A DNA stretch of 61,792 nucleotides, the filler included, from Dirinaria sp. TL-2023a (lineage: Eukaryota), in assembly GCA_051941275.1 (NCBI GenBank). It is 3 parts of 3 records of this genome, joined end to end, with 100 filler letters (N's around TTAATTAATTAA, not from the genome) between each part and the next. Parts side by side here need not be neighbours in the genome. Positions count along the whole stretch, not along the records: positions 20,670 to 41,226 come from JAVEBF010000283.1; positions 41,327 to 61,792 come from JAVEBF010000284.1; 1 more part is not named here. The stretch is one strand, 5' to 3'. The notes under the pieces are model-generated. The model was given only the letters and a program-made list of their open reading frames with translations. It was not told where the DNA came from and searched no databases. Of this stretch, positions 38,022 to 51,410 are shown one piece after another. The position numbers were made by a program, and so were the translations under genes. Numbering within the stretch: position 1 is the stretch's first letter; each line of letters starts with the position of its first letter.

Positions 38022-39457
38022 AAGTTTCACGTCAGTCTCGGAGCCACAAGTTCAGGATATCGTTTTCAATCACAAGAGCGACTTCTTATATTATTGAATG
38101 TGCTTGTAATGATCTATACGGCAATCCTTGAGCGAAAATTAAGGGAGGCCATTGTGGTTCGATGTACGGCGTCTTCTCCATGGCCAATAGCGCCTTCTAC
38201 AGTCGGTTTGATTCTTGTTTGTGAATATTTTACTTGCCATCGTTGAGGCGGATGAGACGGTTTCGTATAATAATCAAATTCCAGTGGATACGCGTTGTAC
38301 TTTGGACCGTAAATTTATTTCCACTTCAGTATTCGGATCATCAACTATACACCGATTCAAACAGACTATATCAAGCATAGCAGAGTCAGCCTTTGCGCTT
38401 TTCTTACTCAATAACTTAGATGAAGGCTCCTAGGGGGAAGGGTTCACGACGCGTTGTGTTTTCTTCCCTTTCCCTTGGTCGGCATCTTCTCCCCCAATGG
38501 TCGCATCTTCTTTCGAGTTTGCCATTAACTAAGCGGGAGTGGCGATTTCTTCATCAGGGCTGTCTGTCTCTTAGTTATAGTGGAACATATCTTCTTTTGC
38601 AATTTCTTTGTTTAGGTTAGTTATACCGCTAATCGGTGAAAGCTGTGCTGATCAATGGGAATGTCGAGAGAGTGCGTCCGACGACGATCAGGGAAGCCGA
38701 TGCTGTAGATTAGCTGACAAGTAAAACACTAGTGTCGATTGTTTTGTAGCACAGGTTAAGCTAATTCACTTATAGATTGGCTAGCCGGCCTTGAAAACCA
38801 CCATCTTAGTTAGATGCGATTTGAGATTTGTCGCATATGGCGGCTCAACAACCCGTCTTTCGTTTCGTCAAATGCAACTCAGGTTTTCGTTCGCCGCTTG
38901 AGATAGAAGCGACAAGCGCCTCAAGGCTATGAACGATTTATTTTCCGCGTTTAGCCTCCCAAGATCATGCAAGGTACGCGAACCCATGTGCTTTCCCGAA
39001 CTGGAGCACGGCAAAATTCGACCCCCTACTTCTACAGTCACCATGCTATCTCCATACACATTTTGAAAATAGTCATGTTGACGAGCCGGACAAATCTCGC
39101 TTTTACGATAGAGGATGCGCACCGCAGCTAAACGCCTTCTCCTGGTCAATCTAACTCTATGATTGCTCGAGCGAACATCTACCAGAGGCTCCGAAGTTTC
39201 AAAGAAGCCGGAAACACAAGTCGACAGTCACATTGATTTTGCAATGTTCTGCCACTAGTTCCCGCGCAGACGGGGGCCAACTAGTCTTGTGAACATTCCT
39301 CCTCCCGTCCATTAGCTTTAACGCCTGAAACCAGGGTAGCATTTCTGACGGCTTTCCATACATTCCAGAGCTCCCTTTGTGTGATGTTCTCTCTGGGACT
39401 TTCAGGCGCCTCAAATTTGTACAGTCAGCTTGAGAGGGTGCTGTACTGTCTCCTATC

Positions 39458-40899
39458 ATGTTGCTCTTCATAGTGGTATATATCCTTACTTATGCATTGG
39501 CTCTACCCTCAGGCGTCAACAAAGACTTACAAGGGAATGATTCATCCGGTCATGCACGGCGAGCGGCGGCTGCTCCCAAAAGCGCCAAATTGGCGTTGTC
39601 AAAGCTGCCAGACAAGAATACACCTTACTGGACGACAACTCTGGTGGTCAGTGGCCAAAAAGTGACAGTGATGGTAGATACCGGTTCTGCTGATTTGTGC
39701 GTATTCCATGCCATCCTATTTCAATCAAAAATTCCGCCTGTGGCAAGCCAAGGCGTTGACCTGAAACCAGTTGGTTGCACGGATCGAAAGCTCCGCCTTC
39801 GAAAGGTGGCCCAGGAGCAAAACTCATACCGGGCGAGAATTTCGACATCCAATATGGCTTTGCTAGCGAGCACCAAACGGGCGTAGGTGTCTCAACGACA
39901 GTCGACATTGGACCGCTCAGCATCCCCAACTTTACCGTAGGCGTAGTAACCCACGATGCCTATAAATCGTCCTTGGACGGAATAATGGGACTAGGCTTCA
40001 AGGGCGGGAACTCCTGTACGCATCTTCCACTTCAAAGCCAGATTTTCTGACCGGCGACTCCTCGACACATACTGATGCTTTTCTTGCAAACCAAAAGTCC
40101 ACCCGACTCAGCAGCCGACATTGATGGAGGCCGCACAACAGTATCTCCAGCAACCGGTGTACACCCTCGACCTCCAGCCTGACGGCCAAAGCACTCTGGA
40201 ATTCGGTCTCGTAGACCACTCGAAGCACAAGGGCGCTCTAATCGAAGCGAAAGTCGACAACATCACTTCCAGCTGGACAGTCGATAGTATGACATTGTCA
40301 GCGGGCAAAGCCAAGATCACTCAGACGATGCTCTTTGGTACGTTCAATTGATTTGGCTCTGCAGGGGGGGGAAAAAAAAATAGGAACCCCGTGTGTGTGA
40401 GATGATCAAAACTGACCAAAAGAGCGCTGCGCGCACAGATACCGGAGGCGGAGACACGATGTGGGCCGACTCCGATTTCGTAACCGCGTACTGGAAGCAA
40501 GTCCCTGGCAACACGAAATACGGCGGCTACACATGGCTTTTCCCGTGCAGCAGCGCATTGCCGGATATGCAAGTGACTATTGGTGGCGGCAGTGGTGGCT
40601 CGGCTACGATCCCTGGTGATGCCTTCAAAGGCGCTGCTATTGGCGGCGGTGAGCCCTTTTCTCCCTCTCTCTCCCCCCCCTCCCCCTTTTTGGGTTTTAG
40701 GCCGATTTGCTACCCACTACCAGTACTTTTGGGGATTGATTGACTGATCTTATTTGGGGATATAGGAGCTTGTATCGGTCTGCTCCAAGATGGGAGTACA
40801 GGGCCCGGGAGAGGGACGATGGGGAGTCCGTTCTTTCAATCTATGTTTGTGGTCTTCGATCAGGAGAAGCCGGGTATTAGGTTTGCGCCTCAGGCTTAG
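39458..40899 (+). CDS. Secreted pepsin-like (A1) aspartic protease
   Basis: Signal peptide, VMVDTGSADL, FDIQYG flap, DGIMGLGF, second motif LF|DTGG split by an intron, MFVVFDQEKPGIRFA; 5 exons. Confidence 0.88.
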
Positions 40900-41226
40900 T
40901 TTATGTGCGGATTCGATGCTTAATGTCAATGACCACCTCTGGAATGATTCTCGCTTTCAGTCAAATTTCGGCGATCATCGCGATTTGCTAGAGTTCGATA
41001 TGTAATGCGTACTACTCAGAGGCGTACAGAAAGAGGAATTTTGCCTATTCTCGCTTTTTCAAAAGCCCCTCGATTCCCTCCTCCCCATCCTCGTGCATGG
41101 TTCTAATTTCATCCACCGTGATGAAACCAACATACAGCCAGACTAGAATGTCTCCCACGCTTTCCGCATCCAGCAGCGTCTCCCCATCTCCCTTCCCCTC
41201 CTCCCTCCCAAACACAAACACAACAC

Positions 41227-41326
41227 NNNNNNNNNNNNNNNNNNNNNNNNNNNNNNNNNNNNNNNNNNNNTTAATTAATTAANNNNNNNNNNNNNNNNNN
41301 NNNNNNNNNNNNNNNNNNNNNNNNNN
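41227..41326. other. Artificial contig spacer (44 N + TTAATTAATTAA + 44 N)
   Basis: Same structure as 20570-20669. Confidence 0.97.
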
Positions 41327-44300
41327 GAGTGAGGCGGGTGATGGTAAATGTTGTGGCGTCGGCTATTATTGTGGTGCAACTATCTTCTGTCGGCTCCATT
41401 CGCATCGACTCCTTGATCTCTTCGTAGATTTTCTTGTATGGGTGAACGGCTTGCAGAGCGAAATCGGGATGATATCGCTTCAGCCAACCTGCTACGTCGA
41501 CTGCCGAGTCCTCTCTCGCGACCGACTGCTTCGCGGCGGCGATTCGGGAATGGAAAGCAGAGTGATCGTTGTAGCTGTTGGATGATACATGCGCTGGATG
41601 TTGCGAGTTGACGGATGAGCCATATGAGGAGGGGTATGAATTGGATGGCGGCAGGTCGATGTCTATTACACCATCGCTGGTGTCGACTGAGAGCTTCAAC
41701 GGGAACTCTTCCGGCTTTTCCCGTTCAGGTATATCTTTCGCCGGTGTTGCTTCCATCAGATTTTCCGGGCTAGGAGGCGAACGTACTGTGTCTCCGCCGC
41801 TTTCCTTGGCACTGGTCACGGGAATTGAGGCAGCTTCTTCTACCATCCGCTCCAGTTTCTTCGGTGAGCGAGGACTTGTCGAGTAAGATATTCCAGAGAT
41901 GCCAAGTCCGTCTTGAGAAGATGTCATGGCGTCGGTACTTTCCGTTGACGATCCTCTCCGGTTACTCCAGAAGCCGCTCAGCATACTCCCCCAACGGCTC
42001 GCAGATGGAGATGTCGGACTGAGACCCGAGCTGTCTGATCGTGACAAAGTCCGTTTCAAAGATAAAGAGGCTAGGCTACCACTGCTGCCTGGTCTTGGGG
42101 TAGGCGTGGTCCCACCCCTGTCCGGAGCTGCGCTCGAAAAGTGAGCCACGGGAACATCGCCCCCCGCTGTTGCAGCTGCATCAGTGGAGATACTGCTTTT
42201 CCGGGCATGGCTGCTGCTCTGTGGAATAGGTAATGCCAGACTCCGGATCGAGCGAGCATCAGAAGTACGACGCGTATGGTTGGGTAAAACAATAGGAACA
42301 TCATCATCGACTGGAGAATTAGGAGTTGAAAAGCTGATAGATCTCTCGTGCAAGTTGATTGAACTACCAATTCTTTCCCCTCTCGGCCTTCGCCCAATGG
42401 TCCGTCTCAAAGACACTTCTCGTGAAAGAGGTGCAGTTGGAGGGGATGCCGAGAGAGCCGAATTGGCCTTTGATGATACTGGCCGTTCCGGCTTGTCGCC
42501 ACGAGAAGCGACAAAACCGCTGGGGAAAAATGCGGATAGCAAGAAGATAAGCCTTCGGGCAGCCATTTTTTCAGAACAAATGATCACAGTCCGATGCCTG
42601 ATGATGGTGGCGTCTTCAGCCGATTTGATCGGTATGTTCGGTCCCACCCAGTCTAGGCCCGTTGATCTCAGCCATTGGCTATGATTTCCAAAGAAGGCCG
42701 TGAGCAACGTATACACGAAGTTTTGCTCCTTGCTCTTCGCCCATCGGCTTACCCATCGAGCTTCCTCTCTCCATACACCCCACCGACCTTGGCCTGTAAT
42801 GACTCGGCGAGTATTCAGAGCAGATGCTAGGTTGCGTTGAGCTACATCGGCCGCGTATGTTATGCTTAGACTTTGCTGAAGCGCCAAATCTGGAAGTTGA
42901 ACTGTTCGTTGAGAGGCGTGCTTGATCTTCTTGCGACGCGTCGATGGTTGAGAGCTGGAAACCGCTTCTGGTGAGTGCGTTTGCACATCAGAATCATCCA
43001 TTTGGTGATACCGAGATAATTGAAGGTGAATCTCGCCACGAGCTACCCCTTCGAGTAGTGCCAGAATCCTAGTCAGATTGTTCCAGTGTGCCATCAGTCG
43101 CTCGATCTCAAAGTCTGTGGCGTTTCCAACCCCATAGTCGGAGGAGTTACCTGACCATTTTTGCTCAGCTGAAGTTGGAGCCGATCGTCCGAGGAACGGT
43201 GCAGACCCATGGAGATGAGTCTTGACGTGCGGTAAACGTAGTATCAGACCCACAGCATATCTTGGAACCTTGGACTGCTTGACTTTCTCGTTTCCCGGTT
43301 CAGTCGATCGGCTGCCTTCAGAGTCCACACTAGGGGCGTCTTTCGCGGGTTTGGCTAAAATAGGCTTCTCAACCGAAAAAACTCTAGTTATCAAGGTCGA
43401 GGTGTTACTGTAGGAGTCAGAATCCCGACCTAAGTCAACAGCGCGTCGAGAGAGTGTGATTGCTTGAAGCTCTTCTGCAGTCATTGAACGCGTCAAAGGT
43501 GTCCGCTGTCTGGTCGATGGCCGAAAGGAACCAGTGGCGTTTGATCTTCGGAAGTTTCCAGCATTCCCAACCATGTTCGAGGACATTACTGGGCTTATGT
43601 GTAACTTGGTGCTGGACACTGTGGACAAGCCTGTCGATCCAAACATGCAGCCAAGAAGCGTGTTGGCCTCTTCTTGCCTCCCCTTGATGAGCTTCGCAAA
43701 GCTGGTTTCACTTTCTTCTGCGCTACCTACAGAATCTTGACCACGGGACTTTGGCTTGCTAAAGGTCGCTCTTGAATCTCGCTGCGGCGAAGTAGGCGAT
43801 TGGTTATTCTCCGACGGTGATCTGGGGGAGTATCCAGATATTGAGGTCCGACGCCCCTGTTCCGTCCGCACAACCCCTGCTTCAGCACGCTTAGGGCCTT
43901 CCCATGATCTTCTACTGTCCGTTCTGGTGCGGCTGGGCGAGGTATCTGCTTGAGGTTGTGTTGGCTGGGGGAGGGAATCGTACAGTACCCGAGGCTGCTG
44001 ACTTAGAGGATTACCGTCTTGTGCTATGATGACCCGAATACCGCTAGGAGACAAGTCCAGATCACCCCAGTCATCGAAGCTGTTGGCGGCCGAAGCTGCC
44101 AGAGTATGGTCGATGTGGCCAAAGGGAGCAGCGTGTTGTTGAGCATTCAGTAGCGTGTCAATTGTGGGATACAGTAGATTATGGGTATGCGCCTCTTCAG
44201 TGATTGATTCCAGGTGCTGTTGCTCGTGGGATGCATGCGACGTAGCTGGGCTACTCGTGAACAGGCGGTGTAGACCGGAGACGGGCAACTGCGTGAACAT
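41327..44300 (-). CDS. Folliculin-interacting protein / Lst4-like; 3' end lost in the gap
   Basis: IRVIIAQD, LLGCMFGS..STKLHI, LITRVFS, YAVGLI, RTVIIC..KMAARRLIFLLSAF, VAGWLKRYHPDFALQAV; ~990 open codons. Confidence 0.8.
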
Positions 44301-44884
44301 GGCGACTCTGGGACACAGACAGAGCAGCTCGAAGCTTCAGCGCTCACCTGGCTGCTCCTCCACAGTCACATGGTAGTTTGAACCTGCAGGGTGAGCGGCA
44401 GCCATGGTTATTGAAGAGCGGGCCAGTCATGCTGGAAAACCCGAGGGTCCGAGAATAAGGGACCGAGGACCGAGAGCAGCTTCGTGGAAACTTATTTCCA
44501 CAAGCTGAGACCTATTGGGGAGCGTGTGTCAGCCATTGCTCGTTCTAAAGCAGCAGCGCGATGGGAATAAGAGGTAAAAGGGGAAGTGAAACGCAGGCGG
44601 GGAGGAGGGTTGAGAGGGGCGAATGCGCCCGTTGATCTTACACTCAGCGCGTCGTAGCCAGCTGTGAAATACGAGCTGTCAAGAAAGTATGGAGCAGGGT
44701 CGAGAGGGCAGGGTCAACTTCAGCGATTGGAAATGGTATCCTTGAAGGCGATGGAAAGGATTCAGGAAAGGATTCAGGAGTTGAATCTTCATGTATCGAA
44801 CAGCGGAAGGAGCCGCCAAGGCTCGTATGACTTCTCTTGGACGCTGATTGGTCAATGGCTCTGCTACTCCAAGGACAGAGGGGC

Positions 44885-44906
44885 TGAGTCATCATTGAGT
44901 CATCAT
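44885..44906. promoter_or_regulatory. Tandem TGAGTCA (Gcn4/CpcA-type bZIP) sites
   Basis: TGAGTCATCAT twice head-to-tail (44885, 44896), ~600 bp upstream of the Lst4-like ATG. Confidence 0.45.
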
Positions 44907-46264
44907 GCCTCTACAGAGTACAGTAAGTAGAATCCAATACACAAGAAGCTCAGCCAAAATGTCAATTTACAGTAAACATGCTACATCTGAACTTCAGTGC
45001 TAATTAGGGAAATCCGACTTGCTTGCATTACGCCGTCAAGTCTTGGCTGACTTAGGCGCTGAGAATATCATTCTCAAGGCTTAGTCTACTCTATTCGCCA
45101 TTTGCTCCGTTCCTTTTAGAGTCTGCCCATCCATCATACACAGTATAACAAACGCCCGTCTATTGCAAGAGACTTGTCCGCTCGAAGAAGCAATCCGTGT
45201 GCGCTGCAGCCAGGAAATCGAGCATTCCTCCTGGATATTTCACTCAAGTCGTCTGTATCTTCAACGAAAACAAAAGGACTCTTATACGATTGGACGGATC
45301 CATTCTACTTAAAGTGCCTTATCTCAGGTTTCTTGATCAGCCTGCAAAAGTCCATCTTCTGCCTTACGCCTTGTAGGACCAACCAAAAGCACCTCTGCGC
45401 TGGCGTTTTTGAACTCCCAACACAATGATTAGGAGCGGAAGCATTGGCGTCAAGCGTGATGGCGCAAGTGTCCTCACTGAGATAAACCATTCACCATTCA
45501 GGATGCCAATATTGTTTATGAGTTCAAGAAAATGAACATCTCAAAACCTTGTCTTGGGAATGATGGGCGTATTGCGCACATTTCGTCAATGACCAATGGA
45601 TCGTGTTTCCCTCTGACCAATTGTCCATCTGCGGACCCTTATGTTGAGCGTTGACGTTCCTGTACCGCGATGGAAAGTGTACTGCCCAAATCCGTGCAAG
45701 TTTGTGTCTGATCATCAGCTATCAAGCTTTCACCCCATTATTATCTACCGGCCATGTGAATTGGGCTTGCTCTAAGTGAGCTCCGCCGTATGAGTTCGCC
45801 AATCGCCGTTCTTAAGGACCCTTTAACCTCAATTGCCGCTCAAAATTACCAGAAGAGACAAGTATGCAGACCGACTACGACCGAGGCGATCGATCATGCG
45901 CTGGGAGCCGCCAACAAGCCGCAGGGCACGTCCTCGACTCCGCTTGGTCCAGTATTGGCCTTAGTTTAGCATAGGCGAGCATCGGAAGATCGATTCTCCT
46001 GAACATGAGGCCAGGATATCCTTGGACGGCGAATGTTACCACAAACCTGAAATATTGTCTTCCCCACTTGCATGCAATCGATATGCGACTTGCGCCCGCT
46101 TGCGCCTTAAATGGAGCGGCCAATGCCTTCTGATGACGCCTACAGCTCTGTAAATTCTTCTCTTCGTAGCTACCTATCATGACTGCACAAATAATAGAGC
46201 GGAGGAGTCTTTGCTCTCAAGAACCGGCTTTCTCCAGATAGCGGGCTCCAACGGGTGCGCAACC

Positions 46265-46819
46265 ATGAATCGAACTTCACTGCTTCTCTTCTTCGCTATC
46301 ACTGGTATCGGCGCAGCGTCTCTGGGGGCAAAGTTCATTCCCGCCTGCTTCTCCACTCGGCCGCACTGCATCCGTCCCCGAGTTGAAGAGTGCCGCGATA
46401 CCATCGCCCTCATGATTCTTGCCGACCCGGGCTATCCAATCGTACTCGGCCGAGCCGATATCGTCGAAGGCCAAACTCGTGCCTTTGTAGTTCCTCGAAG
46501 ATGGATTTCTATACCCTACAATTGTGTGCTCAAAATCGATGTTGTAGATCCCAACGCTACTGATGAGTTAACATTGCGGTCGCTAATACCCTCGGCTGAA
46601 AAGATCATAAAATACTGTGTAGTTGGCAGTACTCAGTGTGGGGGTTCGATGCTTGTTGGGCCGAAGCGGGAATTGGAGATGACTCTGGGGTACTATAATG
46701 CAGTGGAGGAGGACGCTGAAACATTGGAGTGGGCTTCGAACGTTACCCTTCAACGCCCGATCATACAACCATTTAACAACACCCGAAGTTTGGCGACTTT
46801 ATCGGACGACTCATTTTGA
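46265..46819 (+). CDS. Small secreted cysteine-containing protein (effector-like), 184 aa
   Basis: Signal peptide MNRTSLLLFFAITGIGAA; 6 Cys; pattern PxxW..C.L.ID...D..T...A..II..CV...CGG...G; intronless. Confidence 0.8.
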   Translation: MNRTSLLLFFAITGIGAASLGAKFIPACFSTRPHCIRPRVEECRDTIALMILADPGYPIVLGRADIVEGQTRAFVVPRRWISIPYNCVLKIDVVDPNATDELTLRSLIPSAEKIIKYCVVGSTQCGGSMLVGPKRELEMTLGYYNAVEEDAETLEWASNVTLQRPIIQPFNNTRSLATLSDDSF

Positions 46820-47102
46820 TGAAATAGAGATGGATGCAGTATTGACCGTTGGAATTCGAAGATCGGATGAGAGAAGCAGTCGCATGATGCGAAGGGTGGC
46901 AACCAAGGCACTTTCGAGCGTAGAAGTCTGTAGAATTCAGAAGCTGCACGAAGAAGCAGTGGCACACAAAATCCAGACCAACTTTCGAAAGTACATTCCT
47001 CAGTCCTCGACAGAACTTTAGCTGCCTGGCCATGGCTCTCTCTTCTTCGCTCGATGGTGAGTCACTAGCTTGTTTATAAGTCGATGGAATCGTACGGTGG
47101 CT

Positions 47103-48100
47103 TTACTTCCAAAATCGCCGAGCACCGCCGTCCATTTCAGACCTCTGTGCGCTATCTGCTTCGTACGGTCTATCCACTGCAGGTAATTCTGACCGCACAA
47201 CTGAATGTCTTCCAAATAGCTCTGGTGGTCCTGCTGACTTTTCCTCATACTGTGAAGAAGCTGTTACACTACTAAATCCTCTTCGGCGCAAGAGCCAAAA
47301 TAGTGCGCTCGCCAATAGCGTACCTCCAGCTACACCGCCCACGACGCCGCCTGCGATTGCTCCAGTATTGTTGGATTTACTAGGGCTCGAGGACAGGGTC
47401 GGGGTAGAAGATGCGACTGAGTTGACGGATGATGTTGCTCTCGCAGCAGCTGAGGTCGAAGGTGCCGACGTTGCAATAGTGGAGCTGCTGGACGCAGTGT
47501 CCGATCTAAACGAAGTGTGGGAAGCGGACGCAGATTTATTCGGATTAATTCTCGTCTCTTCCCCCTTGTTATTGATCCATACGCCTCTTCCAGAATCACA
47601 GCACGATGTCGCATTCACTCCACAGCAGTAACTTCCATCGTCGCATGTCGTAAGTGTAATACCATGGTCAACGCCGCTCATTACATGACCAAAGGGATCT
47701 AAGGCTACAGGAAACGATCAGCATCGCACTAGAGGGCGAGCTCATATAGTGATGTTGTTTTACCGCTTCCATTGATACACAGTTTAATGCAATCCGGGCT
47801 TTGCCACGTTTTGTCCGTACACATGTTCCTCCAGAGCAAGGACCGATCGGCAGTTGTGCACAATCCATCACTTTGGCAATGATCCCGGGCGGATGGGTCA
47901 GTCAAATTCGTCTTGCAACACATGCTGACCTCCGCACTCCGATTGCATGGCTGGTAGGCTCCATAGTTGGGGTCATAATTGACCGCATTTTCACCATTGG
48001 GAAGGTAGCACGCTGCATGAGCCCCAAGAATGAAGAGGAGAAAAGCTACAAGAAAGATTGAATGTATGCGCGATTGGCGCGCAGAGGGAAGCAAGGTCAT
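47103..48100 (-). CDS. Mid2/WSC-like type-I membrane protein with Cys-rich ectodomain
   Basis: Signal peptide; CYLPNG..PC..SMCC..C..DGLC..WR.MCTD.TW.SPDC.KLC; CDDGSYCCG; S/T linker; TM GAIAGGVVGGVAGG; one intron ~47763-47699. Confidence 0.85.
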
Positions 48101-48855
48101 CCTGGTGTGAGTGAACAATCAGGAAGATGGATCAGGAGCCCCCGAGCACTTAAAACAGCTCCGGATGGTTTCTCGCCAACAAAAACAGCTGTGCATGGCC
48201 ATTATTGCTGATCGACAATGTTAGCTACAAACCAGAAATTAAGCGACGGAATCTGGTTCAAAAGTGGAAGGATTTTAGCAGTAAGGTAGTGACGAGACCG
48301 CCATGTAGAAGCGTGAAAGCATTTATGACGAACGGGACGCATGGCAGGTTTCAAAGCGTCCCTAAGCACCGCGATGAGATCCAATCTGCGCCAATCATGA
48401 AGATTTAGCGGGAGTGGCTGAAAGTCTGGCATGCTTCCGATTCACCCACGAGCCGAGAGTGACAGGCCAAATCTTAGTCAAGCGGCTTTTTGAACACTAG
48501 TCTACCGGATCGATCCTCTAGCTGATGTGCGAAACGACAACTGCGATCCTCCTTCCTTAGCTGAATGTTTGGAGTGGCAAAGCAATTCTTATTTTCGCTG
48601 CTCATTGTCAGAGGACAATGATGCTTCAAGGAAAGCGAGAAATGATCGCAAATCATCAGTCGCCGCTATGGCAGTGCATAAAATAGGCTTTGAACCGAAA
48701 TCTCACTTTATTGGTCCAGCTTGAGTTGGCTCCTCAAGAGTGTCCTCTTAGCACCGCCCGCTCTTCGATCCTCTTGGCTTGAAGATTTTGTAGGAGGCCT
48801 TACTGGGGGCTGGACACCTTCATACGAGAGTATGTAACAGTACCTTGATGCTGAC

Positions 48856-49560
48856 TTCAGAATTCATCCATCTTCAACCGGTACAGCTTTTGCTTCTCCA
48901 TTCGCTTTTCTACCCCTTTCATCCCCGCAGAAGCTCTTTAATATCTGTTGCCAGATCAGTGTACTTTTCACTCATTCTTCCCGAGGCGTCCTGTACGCAA
49001 AGCCCTACAATGCTATTGGTGGGCGAATTGTCGATCTTTCTTAGTCTTTGGAATTGAGCAAAGACGTGCTGTATTTTAATATTCCGTCTCAAGTCCGCCA
49101 TCTCCAGTGCACGTACAGTCGTGCCAGAACCAGTCTTGGTCGTTCCAGGGTGCGATACCAAGCATAAGACTCCTGGCCCTTCAAGCTCGACTCCTAGATT
49201 CTTGTTCTGCTTCATGATGGCTGCTTTGGAGCATATGCATGCGGAATTAGATGTAAAACCGTGTGATCTACTGGTGCGAGCCAAGAAGGAGATGATTGAC
49301 TTAGAGCCTTAAGCTTGTGTGCTTGGCAGCACAGCTCGAACTAATGAGACTTTTCCTAAACGGTTCACCGCTATCACTAGCTATAGCTGCTTAGACTTCT
49401 CGTCCTCGTCCTCTTCTTAAGGACGGTCTTACCTCTGAGACGATCCTTATGGTAGCTGGGGCGGATGAATGCGTAAACCTGCGATGTGTCCAAGCTGACA
49501 GTGCCAAGAACATGCCTGGTTCGTTTCATGTTGATTGAACGATAACCATGTACATCTCGA
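48856..49560 (-). pseudogene. Degenerate SDR-like gene relic
   Basis: Fragments CSKAA..NKNL..EL..GV.C..HPG..KT, SG..Y.D..DIKELL and QKLYRLKMDEF* lie in shifting frames with stops. Confidence 0.5.
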
Positions 49561-51410
49561 AATTGAGTAAGCTTGTGGATCTTTAGTCAGCGATCTTTGC
49601 AACATAAGAGACGGCTAACTGCATGAGAGAAGTCTATCATCTATCTCCGATCGATGCTACTAGCTGTGAACGCGCCGTCCCCACTACTAATCTCATTATC
49701 TCATGCTCATGTCTTCTCTTTAGAGAACCGAAGTGTAACAGCCAATGGGATTAGCCCCTATCAACCAACAAGAACACTCTCAGCTCAAAACAAGGGCCCT
49801 CTTTCTCATCGTTACGTACCTCAGCTGAAGCGGAAAAAAGGCTTTGCCGCTCGTAGCGGCCGCAGTCGACTCGAGGGGAGCAGATCAGCGGGATACTCCT
49901 AGAAACTTGAATTGGACATACAGCACGACATGTCCATTGCAGAACGAGCTTGCGCATCATGCCGACGGCAGAAAATATTGTGCGATAAAGATCTCTAAAC
50001 CTGCACATGCCGTCAGCATATTTCCGTAAATTGCAATCACTCGCAATTGCTATCAGTATCACCTTCAAGCGAACTATGTGAGCTACAGCAGAGAGTAGCT
50101 CAACCAGACCGTGAGGTTGATTGACGAGCACTGTGAACCAGCGCATTTCCAGCGATCAACTCTTGAAGACTGATGAACAATAATTGTTCCGTACCAGATG
50201 CTGCCAACTCACTGTCACTTCAGGATCGAATTCCCGTCATGCCATGCTTCTTTTTGAACCCTTATGCATCGCGTCATACTTGACGTGGGTATCCTGATCT
50301 GACGCTGCTATACCTCGAGCGGTGTCACTCTGGAACGAGGCAACCGAATCAAGATCAACCGTGTGTAATGGAGTTAGAATTTTCTGGAAGTGAACCGACA
50401 TCAGACGTGATGCTAGCAGATCAGTGAGACCGCGTCTGAGGCCGCCAGACTGGGAAGAAGAAGCACAAAGCACCTTGAGTGCTCAGACGAGCCTTTTTGA
50501 GTTGGAACTATCGGTCTAGAATACATATTTGCGTCATCGTTGCTCATTCTCACGTACATCCGTCCGCGTACTCGGTATATACCGCCCGTCTTTGCAAAGC
50601 CTAAGCAAGAACAACACTTAGTATAGCTAACATCGCTAAGAATAATGCCTGGAGCCATACGGCATAACTACACGAAGATAAATCTGCCTGTACAAATTCG
50701 GTGGCGACGATGACTATAGCGACGATGGAGAAGTCGAGGATGATTGCCTCGAGATCGCTCACCATTCATTTCACGTACCATGTCGTGTTCGTGATTCAGA
50801 AAAATTGATAGATAATTTCTTTTGAATCGTGGGATCACAGAGACGGTGGGTTCTCAGGGTCTTCTGAGCCACTATTCCGTCTTACAACCTCAAACTTGCG
50901 CCCGATCGATTGCGTGTTTTCGAATGACTTAAAATTTTATTCACGAATCAAGAATTAGAGAAGACTTGAAGATCTCAATGCGACTTCCCGTCATACATAG
51001 TTTTTGTACCGTAAGCGTTTGAAGGCTGAAGACAGGGTGATACATGCTTGCTGGCTTAAAAACACTGCTTAGTCTTTCTTGCGAAATTCTTAGCGTGGTA
51101 GCTGAGAGCTTTGAATTAAATTGACCCTCGAACAGGTATGAATTTGGCTATGAGATGTTATTGAATGACAGCCATAAAGTAGAACAATTCTCACTCCGAT
51201 TCAGCCCGAGGCTCAGTCTGACTGGGGCTTGGCATCGGCGAGCCGGCCCGGGATTTCCGCTTTCGAGCCAGATCTCGAGCGGCGTCAGCAAGTCGGTTTG
51301 TAAAACCAGCTCAATGTGAACTTTGCTCGGTCGGCATGGCGTGCTTTGGGCGTTGTTTCTTTTTAAGGCATCAATTTTATATATAGTCCTTAAATCGGTT
51401 ATATTTTGCC

